DNA from: Octopus sinensis
Lineage: Eukaryota
NCBI RefSeq assembly: GCF_006345805.1
Contig: NC_042999.1
Coordinates: 146,940,001 to 147,004,000 of the forward strand
DNA length: 64,000 bases
Direction: 5' to 3'
Shown here: piece by piece, positions 13,041-28,489 of the stretch
How positions within the stretch are numbered: position 1 is the stretch's first letter
Layout: each line of letters opens with the position of its first letter
The notes under the pieces: generated by a model
What the model was told of the DNA's origin: nothing
Database searches by the model: none
What the model saw: the letters and a program-made list of their open reading frames with translations, nothing else
Made by a program: the position numbers and the translations under genes

Positions 13041-14342
13041 ATAGTAACAACGAAAGAATATACAAATATCAATGTTTATCTTTTCTCGAAATGACATTTA
13101 CCTCTTGATTCGCCTCTGGCGATTGAGTGAAACACTAACTTTGCTATAAAACAAAATGATTCCGTCACCTTTCTTGTTGATACCTGTTGCAATTTGATGT
13201 CATCTCCGATTAGCTACTGGTGTTGCAGATAAATGAGGAACTATTCACAGAGCAAGCAAGTATCCTCTATATAACTGAGTTATCTTAATTGCAGTTGTTA
13301 ACTATCGTCTATTATTTTTATACAAAGATACCTTAACCCGTTTTTAACGGCCAAGTTAGAAGTTGAAAGCGTCTGAGATTATTAGGGTGAAGGAGAATGT
13401 TATCTTCACACCAAATTCTGACAAAATGCTTGCAATAAAGAATAGATAATGGTGCAAACAGAGGCAATGTATTGATTCCATCCTTCAATGCTACGATGCA
13501 ACCCTGCAGATGGGATTCCATGTAGTTTCTGTCGACTGGATTTCACACAAAAATGGTGCTACACTCGCGTAAGGAGTGAAACAATGGGAATACACAAGGT
13601 TTAAAGCTATTTTGTAAGAGCAGGGCCATACTTGTGTTCAAAGCAGTTAAACAACATGAAACCTTCTACGGGGTTGCTTGGAACAGCGACTAAATATTGT
13701 TTTCAGATCCCTCGCCTACCACTGTAAAATAGGAAGGACAGGGAAGTAATGTAGTCCTCAAAAATTGAACTACATACGAGCTGATCATGGTTAGGATGCC
13801 TTTGATAATAGTTCTCATCAAGTAGAATTGACCTGCAGCTTAAGCATCAACAAACCACCTCCCGCTCCTTGATATCTTTGCGGATTTCGACCTACAGGAG
13901 AGTTTGAAAGCAAATATCAACCGCAACGAGCTCTATATTGAGAATAGATGAATGAAGGTCACGTGTACTACCATACTTTTCTGAATAATTAATTAAATGA
14001 AATGCATTGCTATAAATGAAACGAAAGCGATGGTTTAAAATAGTTTTAATACCAGCCTACATATTTGTCTCTCTCTCTACCTCAACGTTTATATATGTAT
14101 ACATGCAGTAAGAATCTTGCAAACTAAATACAAAAATGAAATATGTGTGTGTGTGTTGCTTACATGTACGTGCACATGCACACACGCACACACACACACA
14201 CACGCACAATCATAGTTTAATTCAAGACAATGTATACACACTGGATACTAAATACATGCATACAAGCATATATACTTACGAATATCTATCTCTATATCTA
14301 TCTATATATATGTATCTATTTGTCTGTTTATCTATCTATGTA

Positions 14343-14381
<39 letters not shown>

Positions 14382-15724
14382 ACACACATATATATATATA
14401 CATACATATACATACACACACACATATATATATATGTATGTATGTACGTATGTATGTATGTATATATGCACAATTATTTGTGTGAGTGTGAAAGAGAGAG
14501 GAGAGAGAGGGAGAGAGAGAGAGCGTTTGTGCACGTACGTTTTATTCCTCGAATAGTTTCGTTATCTCTGACCTTTTCTGACCTTCTATACATTGTGAAA
14601 GTTGTTTTGGTGCGACCCCCACCCACCGACTGCGATTCTGCAACTTTACCTATAAAGCATGTATGTACCTTCATTATAAACCCCACCGCACTTCAAATCG
14701 TCAATAGAAACTCATGTTCGATCAACATACTAGACATTGGAGTCAAACCTCCTTCAAATGTCACACCACTTTCTCAAAAGAAGCATCATGTTCATTGCAA
14801 AATGTAGTTTGAATAATCTGTTTCAATAAAAGACTGGATAGCCATGACTGGAACTCGCTTGATCATAGTTCTTTTCATAACTGCTTCTCTGAATTATATA
14901 ACAGCTTCATAACGTCTATGGCATGATGGTTTCGACACTTAGCTATGTCCATGGTGATAGTGATGCACCGGTATCCTTTGTTTCCCACCATAATGCAATC
15001 AGTTATCTTAAGTTTGACAACTTAGACGACAGAGCTAACAGGAAGGGCAGGATTGAGGGGAATGATGCTTTCAGCATTTCGTAACTGCGAGATTTTATCT
15101 ATTTCTTCGTGAAACCTCTTGCAGAAGTCGGTGATGCTTCCTGGTGTATTTGCAGAAATCTGGATTGAAGTAGCGAATATGGTCTAACTGAATAGACATA
15201 TCCTGAACATGTGTGTTGGCCGGAAAGCAGCACATAGAGAAGTCACTTTACCTTATTAGCAAACGTTTACAATATATGTCGCAATTTATTTGTTAGATAT
15301 TTCCATGTATTCTTTCAATATCACAATCGATATAACACTCCCACCATACACTTTTTAAAAAAATTTGTCCCTCTAATACCCACTATGGACACTCTTGTGG
15401 CAATAAAAATAATCGCAATTTTTATAAGGGTGCTGTGACGGTGGGACACTGGCAGAGTCGTTAGAGCGTCGAACAAAATGCTTTTCGCTATTTCCTCCGT
15501 CCCTTTACATTCAAGATTCAAATGTCGCCGATATTGATTTTACCTTTCATTTAGCCCAGGTTGTTTAAAGAAACTGACAGTCAAGTGCTAAAATTGATAT
15601 AGTTGACTATTCCTTTCCTCAAAATTCAAAGTCTTGTTTCATTACTAGCGACATTAATTAGGAGAATGAAATATAGACTTTGTAAGGCATCAGAAAAATA
15701 TTTTTTAATATTTAGTTCTACTCT

Positions 15725-15910
15725 TAAGACGGTGAGCTGGCAAAATCGTTAGCGCGCCGGGCAAAATGCTTACCAGCATTTCGTCCGTCACCACGTTCTG
15801 AGATCAAATTCTTCTGAGGTTTGACTTTGCCTTTTATTTCTTCAGGGTCGATGCAATCCACTTACACTCTTGCCAAAAATTGCTGGCCTTGTGTCAAAAT
15901 TTGAAATCAA
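15725..15910 (+). mobile_element. SINE family B
   Basis: aagacggtgagctggcaaaatcgttagcgcgccggg... A further diverged copy lies at ~15430-15650. Confidence 0.75.
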
Positions 15911-16570
15911 TATTTAGTTCTACTCCTGTAACAAATATCTCCTGGAAAATGTTGACTTTCATTTCATAATGTACCAGTAATTAGAACCTGTACTTCCGAT
16001 TTACGCTACGGTGAAATTTATTGAAGTGGATTGTGAACCAATCGAATAACTACTATATAGATACATCGGCAAACTTCCTTAATCGCTGATAGCGTTGACA
16101 GAGCTGGATGGTATTTGCAGCCAGCATTGAGATAACCTAGATATGTTCCACTTCAGCACTAATATGTTTGCAGCCATCATTTCTTATAGGCATCACTTCT
16201 TACAGCTATCAGTTTTTGCAGTCCGGTCAGCAACCTTACAGTTTATCAAACCTTTCGACATACTTCGCTGGTCTCCAAACATAGCACTTCTGTACACGCT
16301 GTAAGCAAAACAACAACGCATTCTACATACGCAATCGCTAACAGAAAGCAACAGACTATTCCAGATGGAGAATAGTAATTCATCTCTTTCGAACCTGGCT
16401 TCAAGATAAGCAAGTGTTAGAAGAATAGTTATATGTGATTTCCAGTACATATACTGACTCACATATATTCACACGCAAATCCTTATGCTGTCCATGTAAC
16501 TAACTTAAAAAGCGATGCGTTCCAGAATGTTTTAGTTTAATTTTCTAACCACTGAGTTTGAACTCCTTTC

Positions 16571-17015
16571 GGACCTTTTCGGTTTGAAAGGCAGTTTTTT
16601 CTAGCGGTGTCATATGAAATTGTCACCCATAATTATGACCCTAGTATCAATCTATTGTATTTCAATCTATTTTAGGGTTAGGGTTAGTTAGGGTTAGTTA
16701 AGTTTAGGGTTAGGGTTAGGGGTGGGGGGAAGGGTATCTTTTTCTCTTCACAAATGTAAATAAACCCAATCTGTTTCTTAAACGAGGGACATATTCATAC
16801 GGCACAGAATGTTGTTTACCTCAATGGACGTCATTGATTGGTTGAAATTGCATAAATTGAAAAAAACAACAAATATCTTACAAACTATAGAATTTTTTCA
16901 ATAAAGCCAACAGAAAAAGATGTTTTATAAACAGATTCTACCAGTATACGAAGTTTAAAATTTTTTAGTTACCTAGAAATTATGTTAAAAACTGCCGTTC
17001 AAACCGAAAAGATCC
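16571..17015. mobile_element. MITE with GG-starting TIRs and an 8-bp TSD (Merlin-like), carrying internal TTAGGG-like repeats
   Basis: TIRs ggaccttttcggtttgaaaggcagtttt / aaaactgccgttcaaaccgaaaagatcc. Flanks ctcctttc / cccctttc match at 7/8. A (TTAGGG)-like tract lies at ~16671-16722. Confidence 0.75.
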
Positions 17016-17994
17016 CCCCTTTCATATCAAGAGGTTCAACGTTCGATTCTCAGTTATAATGGTCAAATTAATTTATCAGCGGCAACTGGAGAGTACACAC
17101 ACATACATGCGGTGGGGTTAATGGTGCGTATCCTAGTGACTTCAAAGTTGCACTCACTATCGGAAGAAGGATTGGTCAGTACGTGTTGTTCTTGAGCAAA
17201 ACACAACATTGCACGTTGCTCAGCGAACAGAACACCTCGACATCTGACTTGTGGTACACCGTGCACTAGTACAAGCAGTGTCGATTTGTTGGAGAGAAAC
17301 TGCTCATACATTGTCGAGACATTTGATCAGAATAATCAAATAATTTATACAGTTATACAAAAATTTGCTAAATCATCTATTACAGGCGAGTCCACCATAC
17401 TTACATATATGTGTCTTTGTACGTGTATGTCTACGCATTCTTTGTGATTGTCTACTAAGCATTATTTCAATTTATTCTCTATTTCGTCATTACATCTCTT
17501 CATTCTGCATATTCTACTCACCATTTAGTGCTATCGTTGTTTATTTACCAATTAATCTCTTTCACTTCCACCCACTATTTTTACTGCAAGCTATCGCCTA
17601 AATCTAATCAGACAGGACGTAAACAGTGATAACGATTACAGTGCAGGAGGTGTGCATACAAAATCCGTGGAGACTCTTTCTTCCTCCTCCGAATAATCTA
17701 TTTAAAAGTAAGTGTTGCTTTTAAATTCTGCTAGAATTACAATTTGCTTTTTTTGCCTTTCCTCCTTTCGTAGACAATAATTTGGTTCGGTATAATCGAC
17801 TATTCTCCTTCACCAGGTATATATACTGCGATTCATTTAATGCATTTTACCAGACATACATTAAGGTCAACGTCTAGGAAGGGCTGTAAAAATCGTATCA
17901 AATTCGTGGACTGTTGCCAACGACGGAAATGTTTAACTGTTTCTCCTAAATAAATAAAATGAAAAACAACAAAATCATCAACTGCAAAAATAAT

Positions 17995-18175
17995 AATGGT
18001 TCAAAATTTTGACACAAAGCCAGCAACTTCAGGGAATGGGTTCAGTCGATTTCATTGACCATCAGTGCTCAAATGGCAAGTTTGGCCTCGGTGGAATTTG
18101 AACTCAGAACGTAAAGAGGTACGATGTGCCGCTCACCATTTTGCTCGGTGAGCTAACAATTCTACCAGATTGCCA
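17995..18175 (-). mobile_element. SINE family B (diverged)
   Basis: cctcggtggaatttgaactcagaacgtaaag motif. Confidence 0.7.
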
Positions 18176-18579
18176 CAGAAACCTGTACTGAATAACTCAG
18201 AAAAAAGCACTGACTTCCACCTAAATTATACAAGAAAATAAAGTAAAATAATATACACACAAATTCAAAAAACAATAAAGAAAACACTGCAGCGAAGATT
18301 AAATATGTCTGTCAAGCAATTACATAGCAGTAACGTAACCAGGCATACTGTGGTAGCATTCTCTCTATATTTGCAGATAACGAGTTACTTTGACATTGAG
18401 TTATTTGTGTGTATGTGTAGATGTGTGTTTGTCTATGGGAATCCTTGCGTGCGCGTGCATGCACGTCTCTATCTGTTTTGATACTTAACAAGTACATACT
18501 TGTTTGGTTATCAATTTATCATTTGAGAGCATATCTTCACCTCCCCTTCTGCCAGTCTGTATGTCTGTCTCTCTCACTT

Positions 18580-18636
<57 letters not shown>

Positions 18637-19080
18637 CTCACACACACACAGATAAACACATGCACGAACGCAAGCAATGGCGAATAATAGTGTAATATTT
18701 ACTGTAGTACTTAGACTACTTGTTGAGTAGAGATGCAGTGCGCAACGTCGAGCTGCAATACACAGTATTCTCAGCACTGTAACGTAGGCAATTATCGTAT
18801 ACCGATACATATGCACATATATATATAGATACATTATATAAATATGTTTGTGTGTCTGTGTGTGTGTGTATGTGTGTATAAGGAGGGCTACAAACGAAAG
18901 AATATGGTACTCGTACAATACGCAAGTAATGGGGAAAAAATTGCTTGGAGTGCGAACATTTGGGGGTCTGTGTTAATCACTTGAGGTCACGTGTATAGAT
19001 TAGATAAAAGAGCGAGACCAGAAAATATTTCTATTAATTTCAAATGTGGCGACTGTGCATCGCCTCCAGATGGTCCACGG

Positions 19081-19138
<58 letters not shown>

Positions 19139-19187
19139 TTGTATGTATGTATATGTGTGTGTGTGTATGTATATATATGTATGTATG

Positions 19188-19229
<42 letters not shown>

Positions 19230-19258
19230 TATATATAATATATATATATATATATGTG

Positions 19259-19334
<76 letters not shown>

Positions 19335-20632
19335 GCTGTGGATCATCTGGAATAAGAAATTATGTAATGAACTTATGCTCTTATGCGTTCTGTTCTCGAC
19401 TAACGATTTTCTCTAAAGCAAATATATAATGAGTTATAACACAAGGTTGTCAGTATCATTATACATCAACAATATATGTGTGTGTCTGTGCCAGTGTGTG
19501 TGCGTGGGTGTGCGCGCGTGCATGTGTGTTTATACATTTATATTTTCGTTCGCCTTATTACTAATGCATCAATGGACACTGATTAGAAATGGAAAAAAAT
19601 GAAATGCAGAAAATGCGTATTGTATTTGAATATATTTGATCCCTATCCGCATGGCTCTGTGTTTTCCTTTTGAAGTATATACCTAAAGTTGTGAAGGCAT
19701 GTCGGGATTGCTTGCGTGTACTTCGTCAATATTTCGATTGATGTTTAAAGATCGATGACTTTCCTTTTGTACAATGGTTTTAAAAAGCATTCGATTGTGT
19801 ATTAAATTCCACTTTAACAGCTGCAATTTAATAGTTTGAGGTATATTACTATTTATCAAAAACCATATATATGTTGCTTGTTTTGTTTCAAATGTTTGTA
19901 TTGTTGTAACGTTGTAGGTGTGTTATTTTATTGATGGAGTCTATCTTTGAATTCTTCAGCGGTCATGCCTATATATGAAATGCAGTTTTAGATAATGTTA
20001 AAAGTGGCAACTGAAGAATACGTGATATTCTAAAATGCATTCTGTAGACTGGTAATGCATAAGAGCAGCAATGACATAGCGTCATCTATCGGGTATGTCT
20101 TCCATTGGCTATGACTTCTATTGGCCTTATTTTGTATGGGTGTTAGAGTATTGTTGATCTTTGTTAATACTGTGTCAGTTTAGATTATAGTTTCCAGTAC
20201 TTACGTCTCAATAGAAAATGTTATAATTCAAGAGAGGTGTTTTGCCTGTTGGTAAACTTACATTTTTCGCTTAAAGTCGAGAATATTTCATGATCTTGAT
20301 GCTATGCTTTTTCCTCGTTAGCTTTTTCTTTATGACTTTTATTGGTCAGTTTTAAACTGCTAGATGTCAATGCATTGTTATATCTATATCTGTACAATCA
20401 ATCTACCTTCATCTCTGTCCTTTTATCTGTCTCTCTCTACATATCCGTCTATATTTCTGTCTGTCTGTCTATCTATCTATCTACACGATCCCTATTGATT
20501 GGCCCCACTTTCTTTTCACGACCCTTTTGATCGGAATTCGACCCCCTTTTTTTCTTTCTCTTCTTCCCAAAAAGAAAAGCTCTACTTCGTATTTTGTCCC
20601 TTTATGTTTAGCCCTGTGTGGCCAATAAAGAA

Positions 20633-20890
<258 letters not shown>

Positions 20891-21984
20891 CAATCAATCC
20901 ATCCACTCTTCCATCCTTCTGTATGTTTACTAACTTGATTGAATGAGGTTTCATAACAAGAGATTGTAGGGGCAGATATTCAATTTAGTGACAATATTTC
21001 AAAGAACATAGGGTGTGTACTTTGAATTATTATAAGTATATTAGATTGAATGGTTTGACTTAATATAAGGATGCATTATGTTTCATGTTATCATTAATAT
21101 ACCGTGTTACACTTAAGGCAGTGATGATTATTGATTACACTACTTAACTTTATCATAGGTATAGAGGTCAGCTAAAAGCAAATCTCATTAGCTTTTACTC
21201 CGAATTTACCTGCTTCATGAATGTTTATAATTTGAATTATTATTAAAAACCGTTTGATCTATAATTTCCTATGTTTATGTAACATGTTTGTTGGTTATGC
21301 CAAAAATATATATTCCAATTTGTTACGTAATTTCTTTGGTTTACTTGACTTCTGTATGCAGAGAATCTATGATAAGTTTCTCAGATTTACAAATACATAT
21401 ATCGAATCTTCCCAAGAACCATGTCGAAGAAATGAAACAAACATACTATTCAATGAGAAAGTGCATAAATATAATAAAAATAATGCATTTGCACCCATAC
21501 ATTTTTGAAGAGCATTACATCAATGTTGAGTAATAAAGATTAACGGAAGACTACATTTATGGTGAAACAAGTAGCTGTAATAGATCGAGGGAATATCCAG
21601 CAATACAGAAATATTATAAATAATATAATGAGCTCTGCTAAAGGGCATGGAGTTCTCTTTTGTTCATTATTGTATATTTCCACATACCCATCCATATATT
21701 TGGGTGTGTGTGCATGCGTAACATTCCTCATTTCGGTGTCTGATGTTGAAGAGGAGATAACCACCCTGAAATATATGTATCCATCAGCCTGGTTAGAGAG
21801 CGCTGCGAACTGACATAGTGTATTTACATCTATCTGTTTAGGAAGGCAAATTTTCTTCAGCACAAAATACAGTTAATGGCTTTCTTACAGGTTCGAATAC
21901 GCCCCAAGCACATTTGAACAGGTAACAATTTAGTATTGGTACATATCACCGCTTAGCGCTTCTATTCTGTTCATCCCCCACACG

Positions 21985-22066
<82 letters not shown>

Positions 22067-22976
22067 CGAGAGAGCGATAGTCATTGGTGATTTTCTTTGA
22101 GTTTTCAAATTTAAAAGTTATGAATATTCATAGTGGAGCAATAAAGTCAAGTCTGATACCGTTTCAGATCTGTCCACCTCTTTATTTACAATTGATTTTT
22201 GATGGTAGCACGTTGTCTGTGCACTTCTGTGGTCGGCATCAAATTAAGATAACATAAAGCTGATAAAAGTTTTCATCGCGCAAAAGTGTTCTTTTCTTAA
22301 CCTTATTTAATTTCCGTAGTGTAGTTTATATGTTAGTGAGCGTTTATGATTCGTGCACATTTTGCTATCGTTAAGCTTCCACAGCTAATCTATTATTATG
22401 TCATTTGTTTATTTGTAGAACTCTCACGCAAGAGCGATACATTCTCATATTGGCTGAATATGTAGTTACAAATAATAGTCATTAAATCGTATAATACAGA
22501 ACTTAGAAAAAAAATAAGTACATAAAAATAATATCTTATACAGGATTCCAAGTAAAAGATTAACGCAGCGCAAGCATACATAGGGAATCCATGTAAAATT
22601 AACATTTAAAATAAGGTGGAGATAACAGGCAAATGACTTTATAATCAATGAAGGGGATTTAAAAAGTGTATCTATTCAAATTTTTTTCTATTTTCTGTCA
22701 ACAATAACATCTTGGCAACAACTTACTTCTGTTTTTACGTCATTCTCCAAAATGCACTGAAAGGGTTTTGACGTGAAATATGAAGGATTTGGTAAAGGTT
22801 TTGTTCCAAAGTAAATATAAATAACTAATATAGAAATAGCTATAATCATTTATAAGCAACTCTTAAACCTCCCACATACGTGTACTGCTGTTCAAAAAAA
22901 TTAAGCTTCCCATATATACAAATACACAAAGATGTACACACGCTCACATACATACATACATACATACATACATACA

Positions 22977-23010
<34 letters not shown>

Positions 23011-23129
23011 CATACATACATACATACATATATGCACACATGGTTGTGTGTGTTACATAAATATGTGTGTGGTACACGCGAGTGTGTTTTTGTGTATGCG
23101 TGCATGTAAAGAGTCTTAGGTCTAAATTT

Positions 23130-23785
23130 AACAGGTTGCAAAGTAAAGAGATACAAATTTACCGCATCCAAATATAAAAGTATTTTAAAAATTGAGGAAA
23201 AATAGATTATGACTTCCACACCAGACCTCAAGACTGCCCTGCACACTGGCGCATATATTCCTTACTATGTCTCGTGGAAGGTCTTCGAACACCTCCTTGA
23301 CCTTCGCCACCAGATCGGCCTTCGTGTTTCAGGCAGAGCGGTTGGTGTCTTAACCGCGTCATGCGCATAGTGATCCATGAGACTACAATTGAGGAAATTA
23401 GGAGGCCGGAAATTGGGGCTGGTGAAGTCGTAGAAATTCTCCGGCAATCACTTCTGTTATTTCATGAAGTAGGGCTGGTGCCTAATCCTTATACCATATT
23501 TATGGCCTTCCAATCGCCACCTTCCCCAACCAGGAATTGACCACCGCCACCAGCAGCAACCGTCTCCAACCAGGGATTGACCACCCCCTCCAGCAGCTTC
23601 ACATATCCTTCTGATCTGAGCCTCAAACCCTGATCAAAGATGTGCGGATAAATTCCAGTGTGCCACCGCGTTCAAAATGTTTGCTGTGTCCCTTCGTGCT
23701 GGGCATCACTTTGGACGTGTGTTGCAGCAGCCCGCATCACATCTTACAACCTTTACAGAGATCAGAATTTTAAGACCCGGTATGA
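23130..23785 (-). pseudogene. Decayed Tc1/mariner-superfamily transposase, C-terminal part
   Basis: Minus-strand fragments PHIFDQGLRL.SEGYVKLLE..VNPWLETVA, GRP.IW, ENFYDFTSPNFRPPNFLNCSLMDHYA (resembles WPPNSPDLNPLDY) and LVAKVKEVFEDLPRD. There are frameshifts and a ~40-bp internal duplication at 23525-23600. Confidence 0.7.
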
Positions 23786-24757
23786 ATTATTACGATACAG
23801 ACAATTGCTTTCCAATATTCAGATTTCCACTACTTTATGTGAAGTCAATTTTTTCTCAACTACAACTATAATTTTTATGGTCTTCGACACCGTTGACTAT
23901 TCACCAATACAGCAAACTGATGCTGACAAAAGAGGGCATCAAATCGACAAATTTATCCGAACATCTTGTTTATGTATGTATGCATGTATGTATGTATGTA
24001 TGTATGTATGTATGTATGTATCTATGTATGTATGTGTGTATGTATGTATGCATGTATGTATGTATGTATGTGTATACATACACACATATGCATATATACA
24101 TATGTTCATATGTACCTAGAGGAGAAGTATGAAATAAGGGCAGATACAAATCTCTTCCAAACGAGCATTAGTAAAATCTATTTATCCGGAAAAAAAGAAT
24201 TTAAAAAATGGAGCAGTTAACCGAGAGAAGTACATGGGTCCTTGACACGTAAAACACAAACCATAGAAAATATTGATCATGTCAAAAGTTTAACATCGAG
24301 TACCGTCAAGTTCATAACATCTCACTTCACATTACACCAGTTCACTCAGCCGTCAAAATGAGTCATCCTGGAATAGATCGAAGTCTCATTCTGGCACCGG
24401 AGAATATATACGCCCCAGAAACCAGAAACCGGGTTTATGTGTTTGATTCAGAAATGACCTTTGATTCTATCATTTTTGTATACGTATGTATTTGAATAGT
24501 TCTTGCTTTGTAATGTGTGTATGAAAACTGAACACTTACAGTATTGAAGTGTTATGGCTGTCCATTAGAATATAAGCACGCACAAGTATAGTTATGTATT
24601 GTTGACGCGTTAATTTTTCAACGATATTATTCAGTATAGAGTGGTGAAATAGTTTTTAGGACGTGACAGGTAAAACAATTCCTCTTCACCTGTTTAATTG
24701 TCATCTATTCGGTTGTATTTAATAGACAAATCTTCTTGTCACTTTATAGTATAGAAA

Positions 24758-25153
24758 TCTAATCTATATACATAAAGCTGAAGATGTCTGTGTATGGCAG
24801 GTTTGGTAGCCTTCAACTAACACTATCTCCTCCGAGACCCTGCGGCACAAGTTGACCAAAATTGAGAGTATGATAGAAGAAGGCTTTCTCTTCATTCCGT
24901 AGAAGATAAGATTCAAATCGGACCATGTTAAGACCAAGAATTATTTACATCAAAAAGGTGCTTTTTTTCTATGAAAATCCCTATTTTTTTACGATGTTTT
25001 GACTGCTGTGTCGTCATTTTTCGGTGTATTTCAACAGGAAAAATGTTCACTTAAAGAGAATAACAAGCTACATAATGCAAAAGTTTTACTTTTCAAAAAT
25101 TCCAATTCTAAAGGGTCGAAACAAACCCGAGCAACGCCGAGCAATACTTCTAG
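24758..25153 (+). mobile_element. Non-autonomous Helitron-like element
   Basis: 5' TC(TAATCTATATACATAAAG) start, subterminal cccgagcaacgccgagc hairpin-like motif, and terminal CTAG at 25150-25153. Confidence 0.7.
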
Positions 25154-26372
25154 AAAAAAATAAAGCGAAAACGAATCCTACAGTTTTCCGGCAGCACAAA
25201 TACACTTTATTAAACTTTTACAGGTGGCGGGATAACAGTGACTTCAAACTATGCTTTGCTACAAAAACTGTCAACCAATTTTGGTCAATACATTATTTAT
25301 GTGATACAGTTGACAGTTGAATTCAACTTGTTTTCATATGCAAAATCTTTGCATATATTGAGGGATTAGGTAATTTCTATTTTTCTGCCTCGAAATATAT
25401 CGTATTATGTAAAGAAGATGTATTTGAATATGGAAACGAATGTCAAGACCGAGATTTTGACTCTTGTCCAGGAATTGAGAATAAGTCTGCTACACAACTT
25501 AGTGAGAATGATACTATTCATATAATTTCTACGTACACGTTTGGCTAAAGCCTATAGATACATCATACATTGAACCATAGCAGACAAACAAGGTATAGTT
25601 GAGGTATCAGTAATGTATTAATCAAATTGTTGTCATGAAGGCTCGATAAATGCAAATTGGACTCTCCAGTTTTCTGAAGCCCTAAATATTAGACTCTTTA
25701 TAAGCTGTATATCACTTCACAGTAAAAGAGCGTAATCAGTATCGGCATTAGGCGTGTACCCAGGAGATTGATAATCGAAAGCTAGACCTGATGATAGCGC
25801 TTTTCTGTTCACGAATAGAAGGTAGATACAGAGTGGCCAAAGAGTTCGTGCTAACTTTGATTATACATTCAATTATAAACTGGTAAAGCCTCCCTGTATA
25901 AACATTGAAATTAGGGGTTTGTATCTGTCTGTTGCGTAAATAGAAAACGTTACATTTCTTCATTTACACATTGTTGCATGCGCAGACACACATACTCATA
26001 TACAAGCATATATGTATATATGTATATATGTATATATATATACACGAGTGTGTGTGTGTGTGCATTTGTCTATAAGGGAACCAGTTTTTCTTTTAAATGT
26101 CATATGCTTTATTCTACTTTGATTCTTTTTATAAGAGTTTCGTATTTATAAATTAGATCCGTGTAGTTTTCTTGCAGCTGTAAAGTTCCTAAGATTATTT
26201 TAATGTCAATCAATATTTCTGGGTTACCTCAGGGTTCATCTTCAGGATGCGAATGTTGGTCTCTACGTATATAGAATATTATATTGCATACATATATATT
26301 ATATATATATATATACATGCATACATACATACACATAAATATACATATATATATTATATTATATATATATAA

Positions 26373-26409
<37 letters not shown>

Positions 26410-26613
26410 ATTATATATATGTATATATATATGTATATATATATATGTATATGGATATATATATATATATAAATATGTAATATATATGTATATATATATA
26501 TATATAGTATATATTAAATATATGTATATATATATATATATGTATTATATATATATGTATATTAATATATATGTATAATATATAATGTATATGTATATAT
26601 ATATATATATAAT

Positions 26614-26679
<66 letters not shown>

Positions 26680-26681
<2 letters not shown>

Positions 26682-27108
26682 TGGTTGGCATCCTTTTTGT
26701 CTCGGAAGACAATGGAGTTGCGCATAAAATAGTCTAGTCCGGCTTTTACATTTCCTGCTGTGGTGTGTAGTCCTATCCTGGACAAACACTCCCTCTGGCA
26801 AGTGCCGCAAATGTAGCGAAGACTGTTCCTGGCTGGTTGTAATGTCATAGTTTCTTGTTGACGTCTTTTCTTGTCTTTCCATCTCTCCTCTCTCTCTCTC
26901 TCTCTCTGTCACTCCTTTGTATTCCCTCTTTTACGGTACGTCGCCAATCTCCACGGTTGCTGGCAACTGCTTCCCAATTGCTATATATGATGTTGGCAGG
27001 CCTTCATGTCCCTTTTGCAAACATCCTTGTAACGTAAGAACGGTCCTCCCACAGACCTAGTCCCTAGCAAGCTCTCCGTAGAGTATGTCCTTGGGGATTC
27101 TGCCATCT
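26680..27108 (-). pseudogene. RTE-clade LINE 3' fragment
   Basis: Minus-strand fragments DGRIPKDILYGELA, GTRSVGGPFLRYKDVCKRDMKAC, WEAVASNRGDWR and YICGTCQRECLSRIGLH, typical of the RTE C-terminus. Confidence 0.8.
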
Positions 27109-27132
27109 TTTATATATATATATATATATATA

Positions 27133-27168
<36 letters not shown>

Positions 27169-28172
27169 CATTCATACATACATATATAAGCTATTTATAA
27201 GGATACAGTTAGCCGGAATCAATGAATAATACTCTGAACAATTGAATATAAAGTTCTAAACGTTATGTAAGAGAGTTAACCTCTTGGAAAATCTTATTTG
27301 TTTAATTTAAAAACCAATATCATAGAGCGAGATTATTGTGTTACTGAATGTGTAGCCTAAAAACATTTGGAAAGAAACGTCCAGCTCTTCTAAAAAGTAA
27401 TTAAAAAATCAAATCATAACCATTTAACAAAAGCTTGCATAGGAAATTGGCGCATACGGGAAAAATAATAACATTTAATATGTAAGAATGCATTACAAAA
27501 TATTGGATGGGATGGAGAACTCAAGTAAATATGAATTATCTGTGATTGCAAACTAGAAAAATAAATTTGAAAAGAAAGACATCTTTCTTGTGAAGTACAA
27601 GGAAGGATGTACATAACGAGAAGTAACTGTAAGAAGTGTTTTAAATATGAAAAATTTAAGTAGTATTAAATATTTTAATAAATAAATGAAGTTACGTGAT
27701 TTTGACATATGATGCTAATGTAAGCGATAGCAAAAAGAATGATACGATGTGATTGAGTGGAGTATTAAAAGATTATCTAAAATGTGAACCGTTTATATTA
27801 TTGAAACCTTGCCTTGGGATGGGAAGACAAAACTGAGTTAAGTAAAATGCACCGGAACCGCATACATTGATGCACACATATATTTCCCTTCCGGCGCACA
27901 AACATGTACACGCACACACATACCTGCACAAGCATATACACACATATATTTATAAGGAAATAGTAAATCGTGTCATCAACGTTTCTCCGTTCATGCGCTT
28001 CTTTACAAATGCGTGACTGAGTCAAAGACTGCAGTGTGTAAACTACGAATGCGCTGTCAACCATTCCTGTCTGAAAATTTACGGAATCCTTCAATGTATT
28101 GAGTAAGGCCTTCAGTCCACACTTCACTGCATCACTGTATTTTTATATAATTATAAATAGAAATAAACATAT

Positions 28173-28480
28173 AGATGCAGGAGTGGCTGTGTGGTAAGTA
28201 GATTGCTTACCAACCACATGGTTCCGGGTTCAGTCCCACTGCTTGGCACCTTGGGTAAGTGTCTTCTACTATAGCCTCGGGCCGACCAAAGCCTTGTGAG
28301 TGGGTTTGGTAGACGGAAACTAAAAAACGTCCGGTGTATATCTGCATATGTGTGTGTGTTTGTGTCTGTGTTTGCTTGACAACCGATACTGGTGTGTTTA
28401 TGTCCCCGTAACTTAGCGGTTCGACAAAAGAGACCAATAAAACAAATACTAGGCTTACAACGAATAAGTCCCGGGGCCGA
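28173..28480 (+). mobile_element. SINE family A
   Basis: Match to 3868-4290. Confidence 0.85.
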
Positions 28481-28489
28481 TATATATAT

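Noticed and set aside
16671-16722. Telomere or chromosome fusion site
   Set aside because: The tract is short, degenerate and internal to a TIR element.
26100-26250. Hammerhead on the minus strand (CTGAAGA...GAAACTCTTA)
   Set aside because: Stems I and II cannot be formed convincingly. At most a very decayed PLE-type repeat.
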